Below are positions 21,578 through 52,529 of a DNA stretch of 64,000 nt, in pieces; within the stretch, counting starts at the first letter, position 1, and every line of letters begins with the position of its first letter. The translations under genes and the position numbers were made by a program. Source of the stretch: the human T2T-CHM13v2.0 reference genome, Homo sapiens; assembly GCF_009914755.1 (NCBI RefSeq), contig NC_060935.1. One strand, 5' to 3'. Under the pieces are notes generated by a model. That model was given only the letters and a program-made list of their open reading frames with translations. It was not told where the DNA came from and did not search any database.

Positions 21578-21923
21578 TGTAGTAGTCTATTTGGGCTGAT
21601 TTAACAAAATACCATAGACTAAGTCACTTATAAACCATAGGAATTTGTTCCTTGAAGTTCTGAAATTTGGAAAATGTAAGATCAAGGCACCAGCAGATTT
21701 GGTGTCTGGTGAGGGTCCACTTTCTGGTTCTAGATGGTCATCTTCTTGTTATAATCTATCATGGGGGAAGGAGCAAGGGATCTCTCTGGGGGGATCTCTT
21801 AGATAAGGTGCCCATCTTATTAGTGAGAGCTCCACTTTCATGATCTAATCATCTCTCAAAGCCCCAACCTTCAAACACCTTCACATTGGAGATTAAGTTT
21901 TAACATATGAATTTTGGGAAGGA
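21578..21923 (-). mobile_element. MaLR LTR (MLT1A-like)
   Basis: Typical motifs aaaataccatagact, agatcaaggcaccagcagatttggtgtctggtgaggg and aacatatgaattttggg; ~350 bp. Confidence 0.8.
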
Positions 21924-22927
21924 CACAAATTTTTGACAATAGTGTGTGCACACACACATGTGAACACACACACATGTATACTTATATATAGGCATGTATA
22001 TATATGTATAATTCAGTTTTCAATAACAAGAAAAATATAATACATGAAAAAACAAGAAAGTACAGCCCTTACATAGGGGACTAATGCAGTTGACAGAAAC
22101 TGTCTCTGGGGAAGCCTAGACTTCAGACTTACTAAGCAAAAACTTTCAATTAGTTATTTTGAATATATTTAAGGAAATAAAACTATGTCTAAGAACTAAA
22201 GAAAATTATCAGAATGATATCTCAGCAAATAGATCATTTCAATAAAGAGATAGAAATTATAAAAAAGAACCAAATGAAAATTCTAGAGGTAAAATGTACA
22301 CTAATTGAAATGACAAATTCACTAGAGGAGCTCAGTAGCAGATTTGAGTAGGCAGAATAAAGAAGAAGTGAACTTGGGTAGGCCAATGGAAATCATCTAG
22401 TCTGAGGAGCAGAAAGAGAAAGAAAGGAAGAAAAAATGAACAGGACCTCAGAGACCTATCAAGCACCATTAAAAATACCACCATATGTATAAGAGGGTTT
22501 CCAGAGGGAGAGAAAAGAAAGAGGCAGAAAGAATATTTGGAAAAAAAGGATGGCTTAAAATTTGTCCAAAAATTAAACTATGCATCCAAAAATCTCCTAA
22601 AATTCTAAATAGGATAAATTGAAAGAGATTATGGGATCATAATCAAACTGTCAAAAACCAAACACAGTGGGAGAATCTTGAAAGCAGCAAAAGAGAAGTG
22701 ACTCATCATAGCTAAGAGATTCTCCTTAGCCAAACAGCTGATTTCTCATCAGAAGTGATAAAGGTCAGGAGGAAGTTGGATAAAATATTCAAAGTACAGA
22801 AAAGAAAAGACTGTCAATCACGAATTCCCTGTCCAATGAAATTACCCTTTGAAAATGAAGGAGACATTAAAATGTTCCTAGGCAAACAAAAACAGAGAAG
22901 CTTTATTGTTAGCAGGTCTTCTCTTTA

Positions 22928-24128
<1,201 letters not shown>

Positions 24129-24689
24129 AAAGAAGTCCTTCAGGCTGAAATAAAATCCCACCAGACAGTAATTTGAATTCACATAAAGAAAGCAAAATCT
24201 TTGGTAAACCTAACTACATAGATAAATATAGAAGACAGTATTTCCATATTTTATCTTGTTACTTGTTTTCCTCTTATCTGATTTAAAAGACAACTGCATA
24301 AAGCAATAATTATAAATATGTATTGATGGATATGCAAAGTGTAAAGATGTAATTTGTATGGCAATAACAACACAAAATAGAAGAGAGGGAATACAGCTAT
24401 ATAGAAGTGCTATTCCTATGTACTGCTGTATTAAGTTGTACTAGATATAAAAACATGATCCAAATATATGTTGTCTACAAGAGCCATCCTTTAGATTCAA
24501 AGACCCAAATAAGTTGAAAGGAAAAGCTTGAAAAAATATAAACCACACAAACAGTAAGCAAAGGAAAAGCTGAAGTGGCTATACTTTAGCTAATAGTAAT
24601 ATCAGACAAAATGAAATTTAAGGCATAAATTGCTATTAGAGATGGAGAAGGATATTTTATAAGGGTATACCAATCAATTCACCATGAGC

Positions 24690-24876
24690 TGCTTATAAAC
24701 AATAGAAATTTTTTTCTTATAGTTCTGAAGGCTTGGATCAAGGCATTGGCAGATTTGATATCTGGCACAAGGGTCCATTTCCTGGTTCTAGATGGCCATT
24801 TGCTATAATCCCAGATGGTGAAAGGGGCAAGAGATCTCTCTGGGGATTTTACCTTTTATAAGGGTGCTAATCCCAT
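24690..24876 (-). mobile_element. MLT1A-like internal fragment inside the L1M host
   Basis: Aligns to 21627-21815 (gatcaaggca...gcagatttg...gggtcca...ctggttctagatgg...gatctctctgggg). Lacks both LTR termini. Confidence 0.65.
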
Positions 24877-26136
24877 GTTATAATGTCTATAATAATTATA
24901 GACCTATGTGCATCTAATAACAGAGCCCCAAACTATATGAAGTAAAAACTAACACAGTAGAAAAGAGAAATAAACAATTTGACAACAATAGGTGGAGACT
25001 TTGGTATCTCACTCTCAATAATGGATAGACAGGTAGGCAGAAGCTCATCAAGAAAACAAGACTTACACAATGCTATAAAGCAAGTATACATAACAGTACT
25101 CTTTTAGGTGTAAACCTAACTACATTTATACTATATTCTCTTCAACAACAGCAGAATATACACTCTTTTCAAGTGCACATGCAACATTCTTGAGGTTAGA
25201 CCATATGTAACCTAAAACAAGACTCAATACACTTAAAAGAATTAGACAAAGTATGTTCTCCAGAATGTAATGAAATTAAAAATCATCATAGAAGGAAATT
25301 TGGGAAATTCACAAATATGTAAAAATTAAACAACACATTTTTAAATAACCAGTGCATTAAGAGGAAATCATGAGGGAAATTAGAAAATACTTTGAGATAA
25401 GGGAAGATGAAGACATCATAACATAACCTATGGAATGCATCTAAAGCAGTGCTTAGTGGGAAATTTGTAGTTGTTAATGTGTATATTTAAAAAGGAAGAA
25501 AGATCTGAAATTAATCACTTTACCTGCTCCCATTAAGACATTGGAAAATGAGAGCAAACTAAACCTAAAGCAAGCAGAAGGAAGGAAATAGCAAGGACTA
25601 GAGCAAAAACAAATGAATTAGAGAATAGAATAGAGAATAAAAAAACAACAAAACCAAAGAGGATTCTTTAAAAAGATCACCAAAGTGACAAATCTCTAGC
25701 TAGATTGACCAAGAAAGAAAAGAGATGGAAGACTCAAATTACTAAAATCAGGAATGAGAGACATTACTACTGACCTTAAAAAATGAAAAGGATTATAAGG
25801 GATACTATAAGCCATTATATGCAACAAATTATATGACTTAGATAAAATGGATACATTCTTAGAAAGACACAAGCCACTGAAATTGACTTAATAGATGATC
25901 TGAACATAGTATAATAAGTAAAGATATTGAATTAGTAATAAAAATATTTCTCACAAAGAAAACCCAGGACAAGATGGCTTTACTGGTGAATTTTATCACG
26001 CATTTAAGGAAGAATTAACATGAATCCTCCACAAGTTTTTTTTTCTAAAAAATAGGAGAGAACTATTCCCAACTCATTCTATGATACAAGTATTACCCTC
26101 ATGCCAAAATCAAACAAAGATATCATAAGAAAAGAA

Positions 26137-32074
<5,938 letters not shown>

Positions 32075-33085
32075 AAGAAAAGTAAACTGCAGCCATATGT
32101 TATGAAAATAGATATTAATACAAAAATTCTCAACAAAAGTTTTGCAAATGGCATTCAGTAGCCTATGAAAGGAAATATACACCATGACTAAGTGGGATAT
32201 AAATCCTAAATATGTAATTTAGGATATAATTCCTAAATAATTGGGAATACAAGGTTGTTTCAATATATGAAAACTAGTCAATGTTATACACTATGTCGAT
32301 AGAATAAAATACATAGTGTTCAGTAATGATAGCTGGTATTATGCTATTTCTCTTGGTTCTCCATTCACTGCTTACCCATATTTTAAAATATAGTAGCAGT
32401 TACAACTCTTATGATATGTGATTTAAACAGCATCCTATTCTTCAGACTGCAGAGTAGTTGCTGTAATATATGTTTGCAAGATGGCAGAACATATTTGGTT
32501 TGCAAATTTCCACTGTCCTGGAAATTATGTGTGAAGTAAATTTGAAGTCTCTTTGCCTAGGTGAGGATTTTTCTGTTGAATGGCTGGTGGACTTTGTAGA
32601 CTTCCGAAAAATGTCAATGGGAAGGCATACAAATCGATCTTTTTGGATTTTTACACTGGAAAAGTTGACACTAGGATTTTAGCTTCAATTTGCCTCCCAA
32701 CCCCAGATACCACTCTGCCTGAAAGTGCATCAAGTTTCAAGGTTCATTTCTATGGGTGGAATGTGTCCTTATGTGTTTATAGTACAGTTGAGAGATTGAT
32801 TCAGAATCTCAGCCTCCTCTGTGACCTCAGACAGTGAGGAAACTTCCTCAGAAATATTCAACCTGAATGAAACCCCATTTTGTTATCCACAAGCATTTAG
32901 AATCCTTCATGACACCTAAGGGCTTATAAAAGGAGGGCTTTGTTGCATAATATTCCAGGCCAGGGATGTAGGATGTTAATAGGTTAAAATGCAAGGAAAA
33001 TATCTAATCAGGTGAAGATAGTTTGCTAATAGACAAATACTCCCAAATATCTGTTTCTAAGGAAAAAATCTTTTAAAAACAGAGA

Positions 33086-33102
33086 TAATTAATCCCTGGG
33101 AG
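33086..33102. promoter_or_regulatory. Candidate homeodomain (TAATTA) plus EBF/Olf-1 (TCCCTGGGAG) site pair
   Basis: taattaatccctgggag lies in unique sequence. These motif classes are typical of OR promoters; function is not shown. Confidence 0.35.
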
Positions 33103-33239
33103 GGCAAAGCCTTAGATATAATGATAGATCCTTTAATGTTCTCAATATCCTCTCCAAACACTATGATTCAAGAGAAGCTGTTTTCTTATTTTAAAGGCAG
33201 AATAAGAGAGGGGATATTATTAGAATATTTGTGTCCCTT

Positions 33240-39817
<6,578 letters not shown>

Positions 39818-40200
39818 TTGTGTCCCTTCCTCTACAGTGTAGATCTATATGCTGGAGAAGATCAGAAGATTCTGTTTCATAACTAAGAACTTGGAGTTTC
39901 AAATTCAACTAACATTTTCTTTACCTTTAACTTGAACTTCAAAGGCATTGGAGTTTTGAAAATCCCTGCTGAATGCATTTGAAGAAATTTGTGTCATCTT
40001 GGCATTCTGTGCTTTTTGTAAAATTGTGCAGTCAGTGGAGGCTTGGGTATATATGTTACATAACATGCTGTTTGAACAGGTACCTATAATGGTTACTTCC
40101 TATTTCTGAATACATTGGCCATTCTCCTAAACTATAGAGGCAATCACAGTAAGTTACCTAAAGGTGCTTATTCTTAATCCAGTTTCTTGCATTTCCTCTT

Positions 40201-40222
40201 TCTCCCAAGGGGCTTATAATTG
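40201..40222. promoter_or_regulatory. Candidate EBF/Olf-1 site (TCCCAAGGGG) with adjacent TAATTG, upstream of the + strand OR pseudogene
   Basis: tctcccaaggggcttataattg lies in unique sequence 3.6 kb upstream of the OR ATG. Confidence 0.35.
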
Positions 40223-41439
40223 AAATCATTAAAGTATTACATCTGATATTTGATGGTGAATCACTTCTAAATGTTTTAGTATAATTTGCAGAAATATTTA
40301 TTCTCCTCACTGTATATTGATATAACTACAAGTTATCAGGGAAAGGTTAACATTTTATGGATTCCTGAGTCAATTTCTAGGCTTTAAAGTGTGGAGAGAG
40401 TGCAGTAGGTGGATGGGTCATTGAAGATTTTCTCCAGAGGTAGGGCATATGATGTAATGATAGTCAGAGATTGGTTTATGTAGAATCACTCATTTCCTTG
40501 AAATAATACTCTGACTTTGAAAGTTTCCAGGGAGAAAAAGAGGGGAAATCTCACCTTGTACTAGTAGCAGGAGATATGAGAAACAATTGAAAATAAAGAA
40601 AGACAAAGTTAAATTAGAGCTGACAGGGTGTGTGACCTTCACCGAGCTCAGGACAGATCAGTATGGGAGGGAAGAGAAGGAGAGAATTTGGATTATGTTA
40701 TTCAAATGAAAACTTTAGCTCTAAGACTGAGATCAAAAGGCAAGTGCATTAAAATACAGGATCTGCAAGTAAAGAGTGTGCCTGCTGCTGTAATTAGGAA
40801 TCTATATTAAACTCCAGGCTTAGGGGTATTTTTTATTTTGACTCTATTCATGTGATCCCAGATATTATTTTAACCATATGAGAACTTGTTTCTGCCACAA
40901 TGGATGTGGTCTCAGCAATATGGCTGCATTTCTTCATCCCTGAACTAAGACTTAGCCTCTTTCTTAGACAATCAAGACAGGTATTGGTAAAGATAAGACA
41001 TGAAAGTTAATTTTGTCACTGTAGGGTGATTTTTCCTTGTCTACACTTGTATTAAGCTATCTTAAGGAAGGCCAGATGTGATGGAAAAAAATTCATTTTG
41101 TTGGGCATTATTAGACATGGATTTTCTTTTTATTCTCTGCCAAAAATAAATTAGCTGTGTTTTCTCGGATGTCACCTCTTGAGACTTCAGTTTCTTCATC
41201 TTTAAAGTACGGATAAGTGGATGCCGTGCAAGGTACCTGAGGATTTTTAATGTCTAACAATTCTAGAGTCTTGTCCAATTGGATCCTTGAACTCATTACA
41301 TCTGACTCTGCATTTCTTAGCTTAGCAAAAGGAATGCCATTAATTTCTTATGGTCACAGGTGTTAGCTTTAGGTACTAGTCCACTTGTCCAAACTCTGGA
41401 AATGCTGAGTCCCAGAAGTAAACTGGATTGATACTAGAG

Positions 41440-41697
41440 AAGCACTGGCTAAATGCTGAAGAGCTAGAGGCAGACATCTTGTGCTTGAATACAGGCTTCT
41501 CTGTTTTTTTTTTTTTTATTAACACTGTAATTTTGGGTAAATTTTCTTCTCATCACAGTTTACTTTTCTTTCAAATATGGATAATTGTGTACCATCTTCA
41601 AAGCATTGTTGTGAAGATTAAGTGAAAAAATGCATGTAAAGCATTTAGTATAGTACCAAGCACACGGCAAGCACACAATAAAAATGAACCATTATTA
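41440..41697 (+). mobile_element. MIR SINE
   Basis: ttgttgtgaagattaagtgaaaaaatgcatgtaaagcatttagtatagtaccaagcacacggcaagcacacaataaa matches the MIR 3' end. Confidence 0.75.
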
Positions 41698-43749
41698 TAG
41701 GAAGTACAGGGTATAAAAATAAATCCCTGCATGCTAGAAAGTAAGAATGGGGAAAAGCAGAGTGGTAGTAAAAGTTTGCATTTCAAAACTAGTATATGAA
41801 ATTTAAAAAGGTAACAACAGTTTCTCTGGGAAGAAATTTGTTTACGTCCTTACCTCTCAATTGTGGTCTGAGGGCCCTTTTATGGAATATCAAGGTCTTT
41901 CTGCTGGGTTGACACTTTTCTCCATTTCTAATTTCTGTAAAAATATGAGTATTAGAGGATTTAAATGGTAATAGGCACACTATATCTTTGCACTAGTTCT
42001 GTGCTATCTTTGGCTCGAGTCTCCCAATTAACAGTGAACATCAAAGACACCAATTTTGAACATGAGACTGAGTTGTTCTGTTTGTATGTTTGTGTCTGCA
42101 GGGAAGTAGGAAGGAGATGAAAATTGTAAAAAAGAACTGCTCTTTAAATATTTTCTAATTACTTCAAGACTTGCAAGAAATTGAATAAGTGAGATAATGA
42201 AAATGAATGAGTCAAGTTTGGAGTTTTCTGTCTGGTTTTGATCAGGAAGTCTAACCTTTGGCTCAGACCTTCAGGAAGTTGTAAAAAGATTAGTTGATTG
42301 TTGGTTCTCTCAAAAGCCATCTCCTCTAGGGAAAAGTTGGTAATTAGAAGGGCATCCAACCTTATTCTCAAGAGTTCTTGTCCCTGAAAGGATTCTCTGG
42401 AGCATTGGGCTATCCAGAAGGGAGACCATGATCCTGGAGCTTGGAGCTCTTAGGCCCACTTCTCAATGAAGCATTTGTGGGATCATCAGGAAGATGTTAC
42501 CTTTTCATGTACCCATGTAACAGAGGCAATTCGTCTTACCCACCACTGTCTTTGTGCTTTAAGAACACATAAAGATAAAGAAAAAAAATCTGAAGTCTAG
42601 GAAAAAGTGAGAATTAATAACAGCAAAACTTAGTTTTAAGTACTATCTTAAAGTTAATTGAATGAAATGTGCACTCTTCTTCAAGTAAATGAAAATAGAC
42701 TATGTATTAAGGAGATTCTCATTGATTATTCAGGCTTGACTTATTCGCTATCATATCAATGGTATAAAACCAGAGATCAACAATCTTTGGCTGGTAGACT
42801 AAAGATGATATTAGGAAGATTCTAAAAGATCCATGGGCAGTCATGGCAGCCTCATCCTCTGTCCTGATCTTTTCAGAAAATTTAGGGTCCAGTCAGGCAC
42901 TCTCCCTATGTCCATTTGGTGACTTGGTGACAAAAATTTAATGAGCACATTATAGTAGTTATTTCAACTATACCCAGCTATTTCCTGGATTCCCATCGTG
43001 TACCAAGGTACAATTCCATATATTTGTTTTCCTACATATTCTGCTCAATGTAAACATTTATGATTTCAGCTTCAGGTCTCCAAGAAAAAGTATAGAAACT
43101 ATATTTCTTTTCTGACTATACAGGTAGTTATGCAAGCTGTAGAAAATACTAAAAAACATAAAGAGATAAAAATCACCCATAGTTTCACATCCAGAAGTAA
43201 ATGTCCTAAATATATTATTTCCTTAACAACTTTTCTCTACCCATATGTTTTAACATAGGTAAAACAAAACCTATATAAAATTTTATAACTAAAATTTTTG
43301 AAGTTAAATTTTGTTACTAAAATATACCTATAAAACCTGTCATCTTCAAATACTAAATCTATAACTATTATCGCTAACTTTTAACCTATAGAATATTTGC
43401 ATATTTATAATTAAGATATACAGACTATTTTATGGTTTTTAGTTCATGTTATTTCATACATACATTTTAAAGTCTTATTAGTCTCCAAAACTATTACCTT
43501 TAATGAATGCATTAATCCATCATATTGATGTCTAAGTGAAGTTTTGAAACAACTACCCTCTAGGAAATGGAATCTCTCTCTTCTGGGTGTCCCATGTCTT
43601 CTAAGAATATTTTTGAGGTCAGGCTAATAAAAAACTAAGAAGTCAGCTGGAGAAGTTTACAGGTACCTATTCCTAGAGAATTTTGGGAACAGAAGGAATC
43701 ATCTGTGAGATGGCAGAGTAATGAAAAGGCAAAGTTTTGGACTATTTGA

Positions 43750-43789
43750 TTCTTTTATGCTTCTTTTTTTTCATTTTTTTTTTCTAAAG
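43750..43789 (+). other. Probable splice acceptor of the OR coding exon
   Basis: Long polypyrimidine tract ending ...tttctaaAG, 44 nt upstream of ATG 43834. Confidence 0.6.
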
Positions 43790-43833
43790 GTAAAATATTC
43801 CTTCCTGGAGGTTTTATCACCCACACTACATAG

Positions 43834-44764
43834 ATGAAGAATAAAAGGAATGTGACTGAATTCGTTTTAACAGGTCTTACACAGAACCCTAAAATGGAGA
43901 AAGTCATGTTTGCAGTATTTTTGGTTCTTTACATGATAACACTTTCAGGCAACCTGCTCCTTGTGGTTACAATTACCACCAGCCAGGCTCTTAGCTCCCC
44001 CATGTACTTCTTCCTGAGCCACCTTTCTTTGATAGACACAGTTTATTCTTCTTCTTCAGCTCCTAAGTTGATTGTCGATTCCCTTCATGAGAAGAAAATC
44101 ATCTCCTTTAATGGGTGTATGGCTCAAGCCTATGAAGAACACATTTTTGGTGCTACTGAGATCATCCTGCTGACAGTGATGGCCTGTGACAACTATGTGG
44201 CCATCTGCAAACCTCTGCACTACACAACCATCATGAGCCACAGCCTGTGCATTCTCCTAGTGGTAGTGGCCTGGATAGGAGGATTTCTCCATGCAAATAT
44301 TCAGATTCTATTTACAGTATGGCTGCCCTTCTGTGGCCCCAATGTCATAGACCACTTCATGTGTGACTTGTGCCCTTTGTTAAAACTTGTTTGCCTGGAC
44401 ACTCATACCCTTGGTCTCTTTGTTGCTGCCAACAGTGGGTTCATCTGCTTATTAAACTTCCTTCTCTAGGTGGTATCCTATGTGATCATCTTGAGATGTT
44501 TAAAGAACTATATCTTGGAGGGGAGGGGTAAAGCCCTCTCCACCTGTATTTCTCACATCATAATAGTTGTCTTATTCTTTGTGCCTTGTATATTTGTGTA
44601 TCTGCACCCAGTGACAAACTCTGCCCATTGATAAAGCTGCTGCTGTATTTTATACTATGGTGGTCCCAATGTTAAATCCTTTGATCTACACACTCAGAAA
44701 TGCTGAGGTAAAAAGTGCAATAAGGAAGCTTTGGAGAAAAAAAGTTATTTCAGATAATGACTAA
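43834..44764 (+). pseudogene. OR4C2P: Olfactory receptor family 4C pseudogene, OR4C12-like (symbol tentative)
   Basis: OR motifs [28 protein letters not shown] and [13 protein letters not shown]. After in-frame TAG (44467-44469) comes KALSTCISH; after a +1 frameshift (44616-44618) comes [12 protein letters not shown], ending TAA at 44764. Length 931 bp = 930+1. MAYDRY is altered to MACDNY. The family call is firm; the symbol is inferred only from recalled gene order and spacing on 11p11.2. Confidence 0.93.
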
Positions 44765-45250
44765 ATAAGACCATTGAGCACTCATCATAGAGGTAATAGG
44801 TATTTAAGCTTCTTGATTTGTAGATGAATATGTCAACTCTAACAATGGGCTGGCTAATGCTTGCAGATAGTAAAGCATAAAGCTAAAACTTGGACTGTAA
44901 AGCTTACTGTCTGTTATCCTACACTCTTGTCATCACCACTATTGCTTTTTAATTAATACATATTCATCAATTGCCTGGAAACTTGAAACATCTCTAGATG
45001 CTAAAAAGTATAAATGTAGAATATTAGATTGATATTAAAATAATCTTATTATATAACATTAAGCTGTTGGTTACTGCTGATTATTGAAAATAACAAGTTT
45101 AATGATATTTCTTTACTTTGGACTCTGGCTTAATATATACATACTTTCTTTTGTAAATTTTATTGGTCACTATATATTGGTTGTATTGTAAAAAGATGTA
45201 CTGTTCATCTAATGCCTGCAAGGCTGCATTATATTAAGTTTTTTCCATAT

Positions 45251-46047
45251 TGTATCAGTTAGGGTTCAATCAGGAGACAGATCACACAGCTTCCCCGATA
45301 TGAGCAGTGAAAATTTACATAAAATTATTAATTATATCGAGGGATTAACTATAAAGAAGTAAAGAATGCCCTGTGACTGAGAGATGAGTATCTAAGAAAG
45401 GAACACATCTGGGAGCTGGGCTCCCTTCCCAAGGCTGAGATTCCAATATTTTGAAGAAAATGTAGTTGTTGCCCATTGGATGATGGAGAAATTCACTGGG
45501 TAGTCTTGGGCCAGAGCTGCCCCACAAGAAACTTGTCTGGGACTGGCCAGCAGGGAGACTTTCACTGGGATACTGGTGGGCTGAGGCTGGTAAATGAGGA
45601 ACTGTAGCCTGGACTGGCAAGGAGGAAATAACCCTCTGGGGTGCAGGTGGACAAAGGCTACCCCATTATAGATAGGCAGTTTTGGAAAACTGATTGCTGG
45701 AGTATCTGTGTGATTTATTGGAATCTCCTTGCAGAGGCATCACTGAAACTCAATGGGAAATTTTCCGTGAAGTTGTCAGTGAAACTCAATGGAAGTGAGC
45801 ACTTCTGAATGTCTCTCCCTCCCCCAGCCAAACACATGTGCTGGAAGCTACATAGAGTAAGATGAAAACAGAAACATATTTAAATCAGGAAGAGATGCCC
45901 CTTTTGATTTCCTATACTGGTAAAAGTTAGCATCAAAGAAGACTAGGTGCAGAGGATACATTTCTACAGGGCTTATTTTCATTAATATGCAGCAGGCAAT
46001 GAAGGTTGTATTTGGAGCTGAGAGGCAATACATTGATAAATAGCACC
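45251..46047. mobile_element. Ancient LTR (resembles the LTR85/LTR88 Gypsy-like group)
   Basis: Begins tgtatcagttagggttcaatcaggagacag and ends gcaggcaatgaaggttgtatttggagctgagaggcaatacattgataaatagcac. Internal repeat tgaaactcaatgg occurs twice. Family from memory only. Confidence 0.5.
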
Positions 46048-46371
46048 CAAATTTTATCCTTAATTCTTGTAACACATTTTACAGGATATCGAAGTGCATA
46101 TATATGGCATGATCTGACCAAACCTCAAGTTAGTGGCAGAATGAGATATAAATTGAGATATGGCTCCTTATTCTACACACTTTGTTGGTAGCAGGTAGCT
46201 GCAATTATTTTTTTATTGTAAAGTCTAAAAATGAAAAGAACACAATTTATTAAAAGAGTCTGTATAACCTAATGTTATAATTTCATTTAATTTTACTATT
46301 AGCTATGCACTGGTATATGATTAATTCTTTCACTGAAGATATATAGACAGAAGATGAACAATTACTTGGAA

Positions 46372-46641
46372 TTTTTTTTTGAGACAGAGTCTCATTCTAT
46401 CGCCCTGGCTGGAGTGCAGTGGCACAATTTGGGCTCCTGGGTTAAAGCGATTCTCCTGCCTCAGCCTCCTGAGTAGCTGGAACTACAGGCATGTGCAACC
46501 ATGCCTGGATAATTTTTATATTTTTAGTAGAGACGGGGTTTCACCATGTTGGCCATGTGGGTCTTGAACTCCCGACCTCAGGTGATCCATCCACCTCAGC
46601 CTCCCAAAGCGTGGGATTAAAAAATGAGGCACATGCCTGGC
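46372..46641 (-). mobile_element. Alu (AluS-type) with ~20-bp internal deletion
   Basis: Antisense Alu dimer with T tail at 46372-46380; no clear TSD. Confidence 0.92.
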
Positions 46642-47624
46642 TTATATAAACTTTTAACTGAATTTTCATGATTTGGCAATTGTAATACTCTTCAAAGCAT
46701 GAAGGATCTAGTTTCTGCTCCTTTATCAAAAGGTATATGAAGGGTCACCAGGTGTTAGACTTTGGCACTAGAATGGGAACAGGAATGTGTAGAAAGGTAA
46801 AGTTATGAGAAAATCTGAAATATATAGCATCCAGGGACACAACCAGAATTGATATCCAAGGGTGACTGAAACTTGATATCCAAGGGTGGCAGAAAGGCAA
46901 AATCACACATAAGTCATCAAGACAGGTACCTGGCATGAAGATACCCAAGAAATTTTAGAGTGGTGAGTAGAAGATGGATGCAGCAGAGATTCCTGGGACA
47001 CAATTATAGAGTGTCTTTTGACTCATTCTAGAGTAGTGAAGAAATTAATAAAGATGACAAGACAGTCTGGATAGAAAGGTTATCAGTGAAACTGGTAATG
47101 CTTGTTAAAACTTTCACAAGAGTTCCCCACTGAGCATGTACAGGTAGTCTTAGAGAGGATCATTAGGTAAACAGCCTTAATAAAGATGACTTATATGCAC
47201 AGTGCACTTCATTGTTTATATTAGTTTAACTTTTTTCATGCACTTCTATTTCCTACTATTACTCATGGAATAAAAAAGATTAAAAGCTGTTATCAGAGAT
47301 ATCTCATTCTCCATTCCCATTTGTATCCCTGAATCTGTGCTCCTGAGACCACCATGCTCAACCTCCAGCTCTACCTTCCACATCCAGCTCATTCCTGAAT
47401 GATTTTATACTTTGACTTAGCATTAATAATTCCATCAACTGTCATAGATAAGCCAAACTTCACTTAACATATTATGCTTTTCATGAACAGTTTGGATTTA
47501 GGAAGATATTAATCACAAATATTAGTATCTTTTTCTTGGTATGATCCATTGTATGTGTTTTTAAGTTTTTTTTCCATAAGTTAGTGGGGTACGGGTGGTA
47601 TTTGGTTACATGAGAAAGTTCTTT

Positions 47625-51178
<3,554 letters not shown>

Positions 51179-51499
51179 TGAGTACGTTCTTTAGTGGAGT
51201 TTTGTGAGATCCTAATGCACCAATCACCCAAGCAGTATACACTGCCCCATATTTATTGTAATTTATCCCTCATCCCCCTCCCAATCTTCTTCCCAAGTCC
51301 CCAAAGTCTATTGTATCATTCTTATTCCTTTGTGTCCTCATAGCTTAGCTCCCACATATCAGTGAGAATATACAATGTTTGGTTCTCCATTCCTCAGTTA
51401 CTTCCCTTAGAATAATAAGACAAATATTAGCATCTTTACAATAAAAAATCAACTATGTATTATTAAATAATTATATCACATCATTTAATTTCTAATATT

Positions 51500-51840
51500 T
51501 CTTAGCTTTATTGAGGTAATACTAACAAAAATTGCATATATTTAAGGTATGCAATGTGATGTTTTGATATATGTATATACAGTAAAATGATTACCACAAT
51601 CAAGCTAGTTGTCATAGCTCTCACCTCACATAGGTACTATTTTTTTTGGTAAGATTTCAGATCTAGTCTCCCAGTAAATTTCAAGTATACATTACATTAC
51701 TATTATTAAGTATAATCACCAGGCTGTTCATTTGATCTTCAGGACTTTATTCACTTGGTTTAACTGAAATGTTGTATTTTCAGACCTACATCTCCCCGTT
51801 ATGCCCATTCTCCCAACCCCTGTCAACCATGATTCTGCCT
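51500..51840 (-). mobile_element. Old L1MA-type 3' end fragment
   Basis: agctttattgaggta...atttaaggtatgcaatgtgatgttttgatatatg...aatgattaccacaatcaagcta. Confidence 0.7.
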
Positions 51841-52099
51841 CTATGCCTTGCCTCCAGGGCTTGTTTCTGAGGATAGGTCCTAGGATCACCTATGTGAGTA
51901 ATATTTAATGCTACATTGAGATTTGAACATCGTTCAACATATTCAAAACCTCATTAATTTTCTCTGTCTTCCTTCCATCCAGTGATCTAAGCCAGGGCCC
52001 AAGTTTCATCTGTGACTTCTCTCTCTCTCATCTTCATCCTATATCAAGTTGTTTTGTTTAGAATTCAAAAATATTCTTCGAAACCTTCTATATCTCTCC

Positions 52100-52520
52100 A
52101 TGTTAGTTTGATTTCCCTAGGTGCAGAGGATGATATGGGAATTTTAATAAACGTGATTTATAAGGGGAAAAGATTGAAGGAAACATACTATAGTAGGGAA
52201 GGAAGGATGTAGTCTCAACTCGTCTGCCTCTAGCCTGGAGCCCCGGGAGCTGTGAGGTATACATTGTACTACAGAACTGCTTCCACCTTGAGACAAAGGA
52301 ACTAATCTCTTAAACCCTATTCCAGTCAATCATTGCTGGTGGGCCCCAGGAGAGGGAACAATATACCCCAAGTAACACAGCTCCCATTTAATCTGGTGCA
52401 ACTGTCCAGAAAAGGACAAGGCTGAGAGCTATTAGCAGCCCAGACACATAGTAGTTGGGGCATATGTGCACTGGCCTGGTAAAGGGGATTTGAGCTGGAC
52501 CTAATAGTGTCCACCACATT
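52100..52520. mobile_element. Old MaLR (MLT1-type) LTR fragment
   Basis: Degenerate MLT1-like motifs (ggctgagagctattagcagcc, gcactggcctggtaaaggggat) interrupting L2 sequence. Confidence 0.5.
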
Positions 52521-52529
52521 CTGCATCCT

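Noticed and set aside
32085-33228. Spacer inverted by recombination between the two L1 arms
   Set aside because: The host L1M continues collinearly from 26136 to 32085 and both TSD pairs are in the expected arrangement.
43834-44469. 211-aa ORF as a functional receptor
   Set aside because: Premature TAG in TM5, a later frameshift and a degenerate DRY motif.
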